64,000 nucleotides of DNA from the NCBI GenBank assembly GCA_963575745.1, contig CAUYUJ010000196.1, positions 1 through 64,000 on the forward strand, given 5' to 3'. The notes beneath the pieces are model-generated. The model saw only the letters and a list, made by a program, of their open reading frames with translations. It had not been told where the DNA came from and searched no databases. A program made the translations under genes and the position numbers. Origin of the DNA: Prorocentrum cordatum. Lineage: Eukaryota. This document shows, one piece after another, positions 44,527 through 58,236 of this stretch. Numbering within the stretch: position 1 is the first letter of the stretch; every line of letters begins with the position of its first letter.

Positions 44527-45121
44527 CTTCTCCTGCCAGTCGTTTGTGGGGGCCCCGGGATTAGCCGCAAAATCTCCCTGCGTCCGAAGATAATCTAGGA
44601 CGTTCCAGGGACCTCGCCCAATGTAGGGCGGGTCATCCGGCTCAGCTTCGACCGCGGTTGGTCCCGACTCGGGCGGCCCACCCCCTCCACCTCCTCCTGA
44701 GGAGGAGTGAGCGGGTGGATTATTTCCCGTAGAAGACCCTGCTGACCCTGGCGGGGCTCCACCACCACCGGCTGGGCCGGGGGGTGCGCCGCCGCCAATT
44801 CCCCCGCCGGCTGCACCGGGATGGGTCGGCGGATGATCCGCCCTACATTGGGTTGCACCGGGATGGGTCAGTATGACCTGAGGTTGGGTCGGCGGATGAT
44901 CCGCCGGCCGCCTGCTGTCCGGCTCCAGGGCTGCCCAAAGAGGGCTGGTTGCCGTGCGGGGCTACCTGTTGGCTAGCCGAAGCGACTGAGTCGTTCGGTG
45001 CCTCCTCTGTCGTCCGCGGCCTCTTCGGCGGCGACTGCTCTTCGGCCTCTGGGTCGAGGCCGCCCTTGGCAAACCATTCATCAAGGTTTTGCGGTCTCTT
45101 CCACGGGCGCTGCTTTTTGCG

Positions 45122-45981
45122 CTAGTGTATCGCCTGTTCAGGAGAGGTCTCAAAATAGTTCGCTTTTGGAGTGGCAGTAAGAGCCTCCTCGACAACATGC
45201 ACTGGCGCGCGACACAAGCCTTTGACCACAGGAAGAGCAAACATTGCCCCCCAACCGCCCCCAGCGGCTGCGCCACTGGGAGGCTTTCGGGGAGAAGGGC
45301 CCCAGATGTTCACCCACACCTCGGGGGATCCTTCTGCCCAGTGGTCTATCACTGGTACGCTCACGAAGTCTCCATAGATAGTCTCACACCGTGCAGCAGG
45401 GCCGACAGTGGGACCAATGACCTCCCCTTGTTCGAGCGTTCGAACTGCGCGACGAGCCTCCCCTGGCAGGTTCGCAACAACTTACTGACCAACCTCGTCC
45501 TTCCATCGGGGTACGTCTGAAAGAACGCACCGACGGGGATTTGGTCCAGATCAGGGGGAGCGCAATCGAAACGGCATGTTGCCTTTCGCTCGGAGGTTGT
45601 CCAGTGTACTGTCCACGGATCCTGCGAAACCTGGGAGTACAGACGTTGGAAGATCGTCTGTGATGCTGCATCCAGGTCTGCCTTCAGCGCGGTCACGACT
45701 TTGTCGCTCCGCATAGACATGATGTCATGCCTCCACATCGTGTAGCGCCAACTCCACCCTTTCTTAAGTGCAAATGTGACTGTCCCGGTAGGCACCAATC
45801 GAGACCACTCTCTTAATTTGTCAGGAAAGCAACGGAAAGTTGGTCTCTCCTTCCAGGAGTCAATGTCCCCTGGACCGGGGATGGCCGCATCCTTTGCGGG
45901 CTGACCGTCTTGGAAGGCTGTTTCTGCTGCCCTTTTACGAGCAATTATTTCTTCTCCGCGAATCTCAACACCAGCTTCCAT
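45122..45981 (-). CDS. Uncharacterised cargo ORF(s)
   Basis: ORFs of 206 and 80 aa abut (GTGA overlap at 45361-45364). They are Trp-rich; no family recognised. Confidence 0.4.
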
Positions 45982-46094
45982 TTCGATGTCTTCATCAAAT
46001 ACGACATCATTCGGGCTAGAATCTCTAAGCTCGTTCCCATCCGGCTGAGCCGGTGGGCAAGCTTCCTCACTCGGCTGAGCCGGTGAGGCAGCCT

Positions 46095-47842
46095 TTATAG
46101 AGTTGTATCGAGAAGAACATTTTCTTTGATGTCATTCCCCGGATATTCCGCTTCGAGTGAGTCGGAAATGAGTTCGTCTTTGATATCATCTGAGCAGATC
46201 GAAACAACGTCCTCCCCCGACGGTTTAACCGCTGGGTCACCCAACGGTCGACACATGGGTTTGGTCGATGCTCTCTCGAGCGCGCGGGGGCCGCGGCAGG
46301 CTAGGCCGGCGTGGTCACCGCAAGGCGACCACTCGATCCGAAGGGGGGCCGGCCGCGAGCAGCCCGCGCAAGCTCTAAGAGACGAAACGGCAGCGGCACA
46401 AACGTGATCAGAGGAGGAGATAGGACGACGACGAGACGACAAAAATCTCTCTGCAGCTCGAGCAACAAGAAAATGGACCTGTCTGGCAAAAGCATCCGTG
46501 TAATCCTCTGCACTCTTGCATTCAGGTCCTCTGGCTTCAACATGCTCGTGCGCGCCGTCGCATCTGCGCTCAAGTCCCTCCGCAACGTCAGAGGAGGTAG
46601 AAGCTATCGTCCAGGGCTGTTTCATGAAATTACCCTTACTATCCTTTAATCCGAACGCACATCCATGCAACGCCGTCTTGACAAACTCTAACTCTCTCAT
46701 GAAGTCTGTTACCTGAGGGTCTATCCAATAATTACACTGGGTAGGCCACTGAATGCAAACAACACGCCCCACTTTGTGCACAGCGCGGGCAACTTCACAG
46801 ACATTCCAAAACAAATATCTGAAGTCAGTCCTAATACCACGACGCCTACGCATCGCTCTATGATTTCCAGTACGAACATAATGTGATTCGTTCACATATT
46901 GCCAGGGGGAACCTCCCGTGCAAGGCAATGAGCCCCCCAACGTAATGTGTTTTCCCTTGAACATTCTAATATCGTTCAGAGCTAACCTAAGTCCCTCATC
47001 CGTCCTCATATCTTCCGTCTCAGTATATCGAATCACCTTACGCGAATTGTCAAAGAAAAAATCGGGTTTCCTATCCTGCTCCGAGGACCACAACAATATT
47101 CTAACAAGAGTCTTTCCCCGGTCCACTGAATGGCCGGGGCGCAATCTTCTCGGATCCAGAACTCTGTGTATCCGGTCCATCTACTTGGGCAATAGTCGCC
47201 ATCGCTGGAATCGCCATTCGAATTATGTTCTAACGGGTGATGATGTTTACTCTCTTCGTCGCGCCAATTATCAATACGGTCAACCGTCAAACCTTGTCGG
47301 GCATTAACGGCGCAGGTGCGACGCCGATCATCTAACTTATCCGGGTCGATGGGACACTCACCGATTGCTGGCGTAAACGTAACAAGTCTCGGAACGAAAT
47401 GCCATCGTTTCAAACTCTGTCCTTGTTGTGTCCACGAATCCTTTTTGTCCAGAAAATTGGCAGCCGCCGCAGGTGGAGGATGAGGAATGAGAAGGTCGTG
47501 GTCAGGTATATATTCCGCTTCTCTCGGCAATATCGAAGTATCTGACTCAGTTCCGCTGTCCGTCATGTCAAACATTGCTTTCATTTCACGATTGGAACCT
47601 TTCGTAGTTATGTCCTCCATCGTTATGATTTTCTCGGAGCTTCTGCTGTAACCTTCTTCGGTCGTTATAAGAGCATTGCCACCTGCTTCCACGGCTAGGC
47701 CGGGCGCATTCGCAACCACAGCTATGCTGGGAGCGTATGCCACCACGGCTTTGCCGGGGGCGGCCATAACGGGCTTCCCCTTATTGGGGCGCTTCTTCTC
47801 GTTCTTCATCTTTTTACTAGGTACAATAGCTCCTCTCCGCAA
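46095..47842 (-). pseudogene. C5 cytosine DNA methyltransferase domain downstream of RNase H, preceded by a Trp-rich module; frameshift near 47060
   Basis: LLLEYCCGPRSRIG (motif I, end of the 269-aa ORF), GGSLPCTGGSPW (IV), CIQWP (VI), HGCAFGL...MKQPWTI (VIII), SAEDYTDAFARQV (X). Confidence 0.75.
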
Positions 47843-47919
47843 GGCCGAACTGGGCCTAAGCGGGGCTTCACAATCCCGCCGGGTTTCAGGGGAAGTCCGT
47901 CTGAAAACGTCGAATCTAG

Positions 47920-50030
47920 ATAGTCCTGGTACCGCTTAGCGGCCCAGAATTTGGGTGTAACAATGTTGACAAGGCATCAAACTTTAACCCAAGCCAAAGG
48001 GTCAGTGAACCTCTTGGTGCCAATGTCTGCAGCCTCGTTTTGAATTCTTTCGCATTGGAGCTCAACAAGGCCACGAGAAAACTGTTCGGACACAACTGCT
48101 GCATCAATCCGATGTGTTCTCGGTAGGTACATGAATTTCATTGACCCACCTGCTTTGATTACTTTACAAACTGCTTGATTGTCTCCTGAGAACAAACATC
48201 GCACTGGTCTGTCGAGCAGTACTTCCCAAAGCGGTAGTGCTGCAAGCAGTTCTTTGCGCAAAACAAGGCCAGCAGCGACAATATCTGCCTCAAGTGTACT
48301 GTGGGAAACGCATGTCTGTCGTTGCGATCCCATAGACTGTCCAGATCTAGCCTAAGGACCCCAAATGCCTTGAACACTGGCACTCGTGCTACGATGCGTT
48401 CGAATGTCACTTGCGAGATATGCGTCAGAGTATTGTTTCAACAAGACATCTTCCAGTTTGTCACCCACCCACGAAGTCATGCGGTAGTGGGAGGTACATT
48501 TTATATAGCGTATGAGGCGGAAAAGATCCATGTCTTGTTGCTCTGCCCATTTGGTAATGCAACTGGCAGTCTGGCATGCAGCGCGGAGCAAGTCACATCT
48601 GGCCATTCTCGCACCAAAAAGGCATTTTCATCAAGACTGTTGCTGCAACGGGCTGAAGCACGCCCGACTGCGTCGGTGGCTCTGGGTCATCGGGGCTCGC
48701 TGCTGCGGCGTCAAGGCCAATAACTTTCTGATCAGGAGGGCCTGGGTCAAAGTTAATGCGTAATGCTGATGCTACTGCCGGGGAGTAAATCTGTCCTCTA
48801 GGGCCTCCTTGGCCACCCTCGAGATCAGTTAATTTAGGGCCAAAAGGGGTTCCCGCAGCTGGGTAAGTAGCTGGATCAGTGTCCGTCAGTTGAGCATATA
48901 GTGTAACACGGGAATCGAAGAATTCTGTCATGCCATTTTCTATGACTTTGGCTAGTTTCGGCTCTCTCGGTTGGCATGGCTCGGACGGCTGCGCCGCCGA
49001 GTCACCCCCCGTTCCCCCCTCGCTACTCTCATCTGTGACGGAGGTGTTTTTTCTGAACCTTAGGAGGAGGCGGGTCTAAGATGGTCGGTAACTCCCCTTA
49101 CCATTCAACCCACTGTGCTGGGAGTCTATGTTCACATCCCAAATATATTCCAACAGCCGTTGGTGGGTCTATTGTTATTCCCTGGTGACAATGTTCAAAG
49201 GGTTCTTGTAGTAGTTTCCAGCCCTCTGCAAGCTTGTCGGCAGGTCCCGACAGCTTGAAATCATCAACATAGGTACTCAGGAAGATTTGGAATTCTTTGT
49301 GAAGAAACAGCTGCGCCACGGACTACACTCCATAAAGCCTTTTACTGCAACACGTCCCTCGCAAAGCTGCTCCCAATATCCTCCTGAATCAGGGTGCACG
49401 TGCAATGCGATATATAACCGGCATACGGGATTACGCATAGGGGACCAATCTTTAGGCCATTCATCTCGAGGTAGGAAAACCCAAGTCGGGGTGCCGCCTA
49501 GGTTCGATTGAGTATAGGCTTGGCGGGCGTCCGCTTGCTCGATGCTACGGCCTTCGAATAGCCCGTAGGTGTCAGCTGCTTTGCCAGCCTGCATCGTAGC
49601 GGGGCTGCTGACAAATTCTTGAAGCAATGCAACATCCATATTCTGATCTCTCACACTCGAACCATCAAAAACTACCCGACCTTTGTACTTGCGATCTTTG
49701 TGTCCTAACGGTAACTCTGAGTTCTTTTCAACAAGGATCGCAAACAGCCGGCCGAAGTGGGCCGTCTGTCCCTTGAGTTCGGCGACAACGTCAGAGTACT
49801 ATCTGACACCATCCTCTTTCCATGTCATGATGGATTCCATGTGCCAATGTCACGTAGTCTATCCAATTCTTGTCTCAAGGCAGCTTGGGCGTCTTTGTTC
49901 GCTTTGGCCTCGTCCTTTGAAACAGATCTGGCGACAGCGGCATCAATGTAGGTGTTGCCAGTCGTTGGGAAGTTGGAAGGGTTCGTCGATGACTGAGATA
50001 AGGTCAGTAAAAGTGTTGTAAAAAATTGCA
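47920..50030 (-). pseudogene. Copia reverse transcriptase and RNase H, frameshifted
   Basis: RT: ELDRLRDIGTW, KYKGRVVFDG, QADARQAYTQ, RLYIALHVHPDSG, FLSTYVDDFKLSG. RNase H: YSDAYLA, SHSTLEADIVA, SGDNQAV, AADIGTK. Confidence 0.92.
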
Positions 50031-50773
50031 AATCAAATCTCTCTTTTTCGCGATGACTGAGAACTAAAGCCGAGCCATCCTGCAACGGCATTCGAGGCAC
50101 GCTTCGCCGCGACGCGGCGGCCGCCGGACTCAAGGTCTGGCTTGCCTCATGAATGTCCTCAATCTCATCATCATAGGACAGCGGGCCCCTACCGGCTGAG
50201 CCGGAGAAATTCCCATCTCGTGCAATTGTGCCTCCGCACCATGTCTGTTTCCACCAAATATCCTCATCATCCGAAAGATGTTCATCATAATCACCTTCCT
50301 CCGAGGACCCAGCAGCCACAGCTGCGGCTTGGCCGCCCTGTGCAGGCCGCGACGCCGCCCCGCGTCCGCTGCCAGGGGCGTAGCACAGGCTGTTCGCCCC
50401 CAAAAGACGGAGCCGCTCAGCCACCTGCGGCGCTGCTGGCCTGGCTTCGGGATATGCCGCGAGTGGCTGAGCCACTGCGGGTTCTGGCGGAGTCGGCGGA
50501 TAATCCGCATCCAGGCCAACGTCGCGTAGAAGGCCAAGACAAGGACCCGGATCTTCTATACCGAAAAATCATTTCTTTTCTGCCTTGTATTGTTCCACGG
50601 CCTGTCGGCGTTGTGCTTGGTTCACGTTGGACCATCGTCCAGGATGGATCCCAGGATTGGTGGATTCAGGCAGCTTTTTCAGCTATTGGGCACTGTATTT
50701 CAGGTCTGGGTGAGTGACCCACACACGGGTAATAGGCGCGTAGTCGGGATCAGAATAAAGGACAACTCGAACG

Positions 50774-52120
50774 CTACATGTCTTTCGTCGACCTGTCAAT
50801 GGGAGTTGCTGCGTCAACTCTTTTTTTTTGTAAAAAAATCCAGCGACAATTCGTCTGTCTTCGAAGTAATCCATCGCGTCCAGGTTTTGAGTCGCTCGAA
50901 CAAGAAGTCGCCCTTTCCCGGGAACCTTCGCGCCGTGGATCTCTGCCGTCAACTACCATAGGCTCGTCAGCCACGCGCAACCCACCAGGGCCTTCTTCTT
51001 CCATTTCGGCCCCTGGGTCAAAGTGCGGGGCGCCCTCGCATCCTTGGGAAGGCGGCGGCATGACAGCGGCAGGATCGTCGGCGCCAAACAAGTTGTCCGG
51101 TCGTATCCCTGCTGCTGGTTGTGGTCCGTCTGGGACGGCCGCAGCTCCTCCTGCTGGAGGGATCGTGACGGAAAGTACTTCGGCCACCGCCTTGTCGCAC
51201 GCTTTTCTCACAGGAAATTGGGGCGATTGGTCATCAGCAGTGCCATCTAAGATGTTGCTGTACACCTGGTCAGACTTCTCAATAGTGGGTCGTTTACCCT
51301 CTGGGGTACGCCCTGACTCCATGTTCAAACCGTCCAGTTGTCTCAACGGCACAACATAACTCTCTGGTCCAACCAATCCCCCCGCTTTGTGCACATACCC
51401 CAAGTATATCCCCGGAATCACTGTTGCGCCAGTCTTGGCGGTCCGAAACCTGGACTCAGGTGGAGGCACATAGCGCACAAGAGACCCAAAGGGAAGGAGC
51501 GGAGCATCGAATTTACATCCAAAGCGTCGCTCCCAACTTGGCTGTCCCTCCGCTGGGGTCCTGGTATTGTAGCAAAGACAGAAGTATCGGACTGCGTAGG
51601 TCCAATATGGTGGCAGAAGACCGGCCTGCATGAGCAAGGCTCTAGTCCCCATCTGTACCACCCCGTTTGCACGCTCAGCAACGGCGTTATGTTTCTTATT
51701 TCCTGGGATGGTAGCATCATGGGCAATCTTGAGCTCGCAACGTGCCCTCGCAACTTCTCTTGCACCATCTGTATAACAATATTCTAACTTCTCCACCGGG
51801 GCTTTCAGTTCACCAAAAAGTTGCAAACGTGAGCCGCAGACTTGTCGTGTACACCCTGAGCGGCAAGAAAATGCGTAGCTCGGTCGCAAAAAGTCACGCA
51901 CGCGGTCTCATCGTGGAGCCTCCGCGAGAGTTCACCCATCGCAAACCAATGATCGATCGTCGTCAGGCGTCCAAACGAAGGGGTTAGCGCACGGGCGGGG
52001 AACCTTTAGCCCTTTGTTTTGCGCCTTGTGATGTTGCTTTCTGATAGCTTTGGCCCAATTGCACACTGGACAATATGGGTTCTTAGGAGCATGAGTTAGA
52101 CGGTGCGGCAGGGAGGCCGA
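50774..52120 (-). pseudogene. Integrase (HHCC finger + DDE core + GKGY-like region)
   Basis: HRLTHAPKNPYCPVC (~52060-52105), TIDHWF, CYTDGARE, HNAVAERANGVV, PGIYLGY. Confidence 0.9.
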
Positions 52121-52150
52121 GGTCTTTTTGAGCCGCTCGGCAAGGGTCTC

Positions 52151-53620
52151 CTACACCTCAACCTCCGCATCGTCTGGGTCTAAGTCTGGCGGTGCGTCGA
52201 CGTCGACTAAGTCGACACCGTCAGCGTCTCCGACTTCACCCTCCTCAGGTCCAGGGGCCGCGCTGCGCGCACTGGAGTCCAGTCCTCGTTTCATTTCGTA
52301 GGGAAGATATCCTGGGACTCCGTGCCCGCGAGGGCTTCTGTATGCGGCGGCGCAGGCCTCGGCTTTGCCGGGCTGCTCGTCGCGCTGACCGACGGCTTGA
52401 CCGCGGCAGGGCGAAGTTGAGAGACTTTTGAAAGCAGCGATGCCGGTCGGCGTCCGATTCCAACCGCTTTCACTAGCCTTTTGATGCGAATAGTAAAAGT
52501 AGGTGATGGCATCCGCAGAGTCTATCGATGACGGGAAGACAGGCGCGATCTCAGTCGGCCGTCCATCAGCGTAGCTGTGGGCACCAATCGACTCATGTGT
52601 ATGCAGGTCTATGGTCACGCGAGTCTGGACAGCGTGGGGCGGAGGGCCTCCCGCCGATTCCACATTGCCCAGGAATGCCTTGGCGCCTGGCATCACGCAG
52701 CGCCACCGCTCGGGAGGTTCGCCCCCTCCGGCGGCAGCAGCGCACATCCACTGACCCACCGCCTCTTTGCCTGATAGGGTCAAGTACGGCATTTTGCCCT
52801 CAACGGCCAGGTCCACTCTTTGACCGTTGGGCAACAACAGGTAGGGTATTTGGCCTGCTGGCCAGAAGATGCTAAAGCCGTGATCCATGCACCGCTCTCC
52901 TACCGAAATCACTCACGGGGTCTCCGGCATGACTGAAGCATTAAAACTACCACCCTTAAACTTGGGGCATGCGATGCGAACTGAATCGAGGGCCTTTGAT
53001 TCTCCCCCAGCAGTATTCAGAGTGATCGATTGCGGAAGCTGTCGACTCAATCTCATTGCACCTGCACTTCTAATATATCTCTCCGCTATGAGGTTATACC
53101 CACACCCAGTATCTATGATAAAGCTCAGCGCGCCAAGATACGCAGCGTCTGTATCTGTGCATCCAGCAGCGGCTGTGCCGTGTGGGCCCTCTTCCCCCTC
53201 CTCGGTTCTCAGCCAGAGATGCCTGACTTCATCCTGCAGGTCCGACGCTCTGATCAGGGCCTCCGCAGCAGACGCCCTCCACTGAGTAGACATATGTCTG
53301 CGCATTTCTCCCGGGAATTCCCACCTATCTTTGCCACTCGAAGGCAACTCTTTCAAATCGTGGCGACGCGCCTTCCTCCAAGTAAGGGTGGGCCCCTCAG
53401 TGGAGGGGTGAAATCGGACACGGAGATTGCACCTATCGTTCTTTCGATATCGGATGCAACTCTTACCAAGGGGGACGCACCAGTACATCTTGATGGCGTA
53501 TATACCGAGAAAGACGATATAGGAAATTCGCAAGGACATCGACGAGACTCTCGACCTGTTCCCTGCCTTCGCGGTGAAACTCATCGCCGGAAGGATTCCT
53601 GCAGTCTCCTCCACCGGCAT
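52151..53620 (-). pseudogene. Aspartic protease region of pol (in-frame stop at 52913)
   Basis: SFIIDTGCGYNLI; ITLNTAGG; MPETP*VISVGERC. Confidence 0.85.
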
Positions 53621-53873
53621 CGGTAAAGACCTTCAAAAATTTAGGGCTAGTATGTTTCTGCCCTGGGAGGCCCCGAAACAACGGAGCGGGGCACGCGATG
53701 GCGCCCAAGCTGACTTGGCCAACGGGTATCTTCTGATCCCCCCGCTTTCGGTTTGACCGACGCGGATGTCGCCGCATCCGTCGAGCAAGGAAGACAAGAA
53801 AGAGTACCCTTAACAAATTATGTAAATCATTCCTCATGCACTGGCGGCTGAAGCAGCCAGTGCGGAGCCATTG

Positions 53874-56800
53874 TCACGGATGACCAGTCGTGGTCTGAGC
53901 AAACCAACACTCCTTGCCACGTGAGCATTCACCTGTTTCCTTGAAGGAGCGACAGATCATGTCTTTGCCCTTGCCTTTGCCTTTGTTATTGTCTCCATCC
54001 TTCTTGCGCTTGTCGGAGTTATTGCTGGAGGCTCTCGAGCCACCGTCGCATCCCGACGGTGAGACATTGGCAGCGGCGGCGTTGGCTTGCTTGGCTGTGC
54101 GCTCGTATCCCAAAGATTGCCCCGCGTCAAGCTTCGCTTGTTCCCATTTGTCGCGTTTAAGCTTCTCAGCATCGGTCAACCATCTGTGGACTTTATTGCG
54201 ACCGTCTGCTGCTCCGCGACAACTCTTGAAGTCTCGAGACCACGCGTAGCATGGCATCGTGCTCTCTTTCCCACGCGATCGATTGGATTGACCCCTGTTC
54301 CTCTGTTGCGCCCCCTTCCCACGTCCACCCATTGGGGTCTGCGATCGACTCTGCCCCTTTCGGCCTCGGTCCTTGGATCTCCCTCTGGGGTTTTTGTCCT
54401 GGGCAGGAGCGGCGTTGCACTTATTTCCCGCAGCTGGCTGAGCCGGAGCGGCAGTCTTGGGCTTCTTGTGATTGAAAGGACAACCTTTTCCAGCATGCGG
54501 GCAGGTTTCGCCCTTACGCACGTACCTACACGTCGTCTCGCCCTTAGTCAATCCACTTTTCATGACACTGGTGGGTTTCCCTAATTTAGCTGCTACTTCT
54601 GCCGGGGCGGCTTTGCCGCCCGCGTTCCTTCGATTGTCATTGCCTCCACCTCCGCCCAACCTGGCCTGCCGCGCACGTTGATTCAAGGTACTCTCATGCA
54701 CACAGATGTTCCGCTCTTCTTTGTCACGCAGCATCATTCCTTCGATCTGCCCCATCAGCCATTCGTAAGTCTTCACACCATGTCCCATTTTTGTCCATGG
54801 ACAGGTCAGAAAGTTGGCAAACGAAATTCAATTTGTTGGGCCTTCTGCATTGCTCGATAAAGTGTGCATGAATCGAAGCCCTCATCTCATCAGACGGAGG
54901 TCGGGCGCCATAGAGCTGTTGGTATATCTGGCCACTCGTTATAGAAATGGTACGGGTCAGCGCCCGGCTTGTTGGGGTCAATAACAACCTTGAAGATATC
55001 ACGCGAAATTCGATGTTGGCCCAGCTCCGACCTAACAGAACACCAATGACAAATGGTTCGTACCATCTCGCGTCCCGTTAAAAGCCTCCCCTCATTCTGG
55101 GCGCTGCACCCCATTCGAGTGATCTGCTGGAGGACGTGTATGTGATGACTGGGCTGGTTGCGATTTCTCCGCATTTTGTTGAATTCCTCAATCAGATTAG
55201 TGGCGACCATGAGGTCAAGACGCTGGAAGCGGCCTGCCTCTTTCAGTTGTTCATCATCCACGGCAGGGTTCATAGCTTCCGAAATCCAGCTCTGCGCTGC
55301 TTTGCTCTCGGGCGACGACCAAGCGGTCGCACGGATTGCACGCATTTGCCACTCCCGTATGTTTGTACATCGGGGATGTCCAACAAGTCAATCTTCTGAT
55401 TGTTTCCAACCTGCGTCCACTGGTCCAACGGCGTACTTTCAGCAATATCTCCTGGACCATGCGGCCCGCCTGGGCCCTGAGGTCCCCCACGGCCACCTCC
55501 ACCATCTGAGGGTCCTGATCCCCCCGGACTCCCTCTGGAGGCGGTTTATCTGGTCGTTTAGCGTTATCTTCGTCGTGCATCGACATAATCTCAGTGCTCG
55601 GTGCGTCACTCTTGTCATCCCCTTTTTTGTCCTGTCCTGCCCCGCCAGACGGCTTAGCCGCTGGCGGCCTCACAGGTCCATCCCTGGAAAATGGATAATA
55701 GTTGACAAAACGATCATCATCGCCGGATCCTGTCAATCTCATGTCGATTGGCAATCCATTCTCAGGGGTGCTCGGCTTAGCCGGACCTTCGAGAGCAGGA
55801 CCGGGAACGGTAAAGTTGTGGCGCACCACGAAACTCACAGGAGATTCTTGTAGAAGTAACGGCAAGTCGAACGAACTCGAGGTGAACACTTTTTCTTGTC
55901 CACTCTCAGTGTACGGGAATGGGTTCGCGATGATGACTTTAAGCATCATCCTTATTTTCTCTGACTCGGCTGCATTCACCATGGCCTCTTCCTCTCGAAT
56001 GTTGGCAGCTGGCCTCTCGCTCTTCCGTAGAGTACATTGAGAACATCTTTTAGTTTTCGCGTCGAAATGATCTTTGCAAGCCGGCAAGCCACAACCAGCG
56101 CAATCACCCGTCTTCGGGTTGAAGCAAACTGAGCAAAACTGGGAAACTGTGAAACTTGCTGTGGTAGTTTCTTCCCTTTTCGCAAGCTGAGGCTGCGATG
56201 CAACCCTCGCCTGCAAAGTTGACGATCCCGCGTTCATTACGGTTGTCACGTCAGGCTGAAGCGGAACGGACGCTGCGCCAGACGACTGAGCCGTTGGCGA
56301 TGGTCGTCTGTCCGCCCCAGCCGGCTTAGCCGGCGGGCATTTATCACTTGCATACGCTGCAGGGATGCTCTGGCGTTTTCATGTGATTTGAATTCTTCTC
56401 GATATTGATTGTTCTGGTCAGCTATCTTCGCAGCTACAACTTGGGTGTTAACCGCTTCCAACCTGGCGTTTTTTTTATATGTTCTTGAAGCTCCTGTTTT
56501 TCTCGTTCCGCCCTGGCTGTAGCCATTTGTTCTCCTTCTGCTCTAGCCACCGCAACAGCAGCGGTGACCGTTTTGGCATCAACAGACTGATTAGTCGCCG
56601 CCACAACGGCCTGTCGTTCTGAAGCCAGCTTCTCGAAATATCTGTTCTCGGTCTCTCTCCGCCTGCCGCTTAGCGGCCGCGGTCTGATGGTGCACCTTCT
56701 CCACCAGTTCTTGTTCTCGCTCTCTGGCAGCCTTGGCTAGAGCGAGCCTTTCAGCCTCGAACGTCTTCCGAACTTCTTCCATGGTTGCGATCGTGTCCTC

Positions 56801-58148
56801 TCCATCCAGTCGGGCCCTTTTCGGCCAGCTTCGCTTCGCTTGCCAGGAACTCCTGCTGAGTCTTGACTTCAGCGAGTCTAGCCTGATCCTGAATAGTTTG
56901 TATAAGAAGAAATGTGCAGTTATGCTCGTTCATAGGGCAGCAATCTTGACACAACCATTGGGTACTACACTGAGGGCACACCTCAGAGCAGCTCTGACAT
57001 ACTGGATGCCTAAATGCGCCTTCTGGCTTGTTGGCTTTACCCGGGCATCTGCTCTCCGCCTGAGGCGCGCAATCAGAATTCCAGTTCCAGCGTGTGTCAA
57101 TCATTGAGATATTGCTGTTGCTCCTTGAAGTAGATCGCGCTCCTGATCTCGGTATTTTGTGTCTTCCCCTACTAGAAGTGTTCGATCGAGGACGCACAAA
57201 CGTGCATTCTGGGGGTCTAGGTACCTCTCGAAGCTTCTCATCCCTTTCATCTTGTCTTATGAGCTCAGTGTGCGAATCTGGTTGTCCAACCATTTCTTCA
57301 TCCTCAACCGCAGCTGGCACCGAGGGTTGCCAATCGCCTGAGGCGACAACATGGCGATAGAAACCTTATTTACGGGGTGAGTCGTTTAAATCGTAATCCT
57401 CGCTCCCCCGCTTCTTGAGTTGAGGTGCAGGAGTCCGCCCTGTAGACTCTCTATCATGCGTCGCCTGAGTCTCAGCCTTGGCCGCCAGAGGCGTCAGGTC
57501 ACTGGTATCTTCATCTGATCCATCTGGGGGCCACTTCTCGCCTTGGGCGGGGTGGTCTGCTTCCACTAACGAAGGCAATTCTCGACTCAAGGAGACTCCT
57601 TTGCTGGCATAATCGAAATCTTCCTCCATTGAGTGTATTTCATGCTCTCTATCAATTGGATCATCACCATCCTGGCCCAAGTGCCCGTTCAATGCTATTG
57701 GAATGGGAAGCATTTCCACTCGTGCCTCCCCATCCGCCTGGGACATTGGGGAACACGGCTGTGGACTCGTGGGCTTCCCCCGATCGACTGGCTTCACCAG
57801 CGGCCGGTACGACTGTATGTGTAGCAATCGGAATGGGACTGATGGACTCCGTCGAGTCGGCGATCAAAGACGAAAATGCTCCTCGTCTAGATCTCGCTGT
57901 TGTGCCATTCCGCCCATGCGGGTCTGGGGTTTGTTCGCGATTACCGATCGGAACTCCAGAGGGAGAGCCATCTTCCGACGTCTCAACAGCCTCTTCAATG
58001 TTTCTACCCCTAGAGACCCGAGTGGCGGTACTGGAAGAAGGAAGGCGGCCCTGACCAGGGCCGCTTTCCTGTGGATCATGTCAGTCATGCTGTACAACAT
58101 GCTGTTCTGCGCTTCGCGAAGTGACGGACATTTCATCTGTATTATCAC
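53874..58148 (-). pseudogene. Long gag region with a coiled coil, Cys-rich fingers and C-terminal CCCH-type fingers
   Basis: Tiling ORF pieces containing CQSCSEVCPQC...CQDCC, CSVC...CAGCGLPACKDH...CSQC, CRYVRKGETCPHAGKGCPFNH and CRSFKETGECSRGKECWF. Confidence 0.7.
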
Positions 58149-58236
58149 AGCTCATACCCGCAGCGACTGAGTCGGGGGGGTCATCAGAATGCCATGCTTC
58201 TGGCTGATATGAGCCCGCTGCGACTATGTCGCGGCT

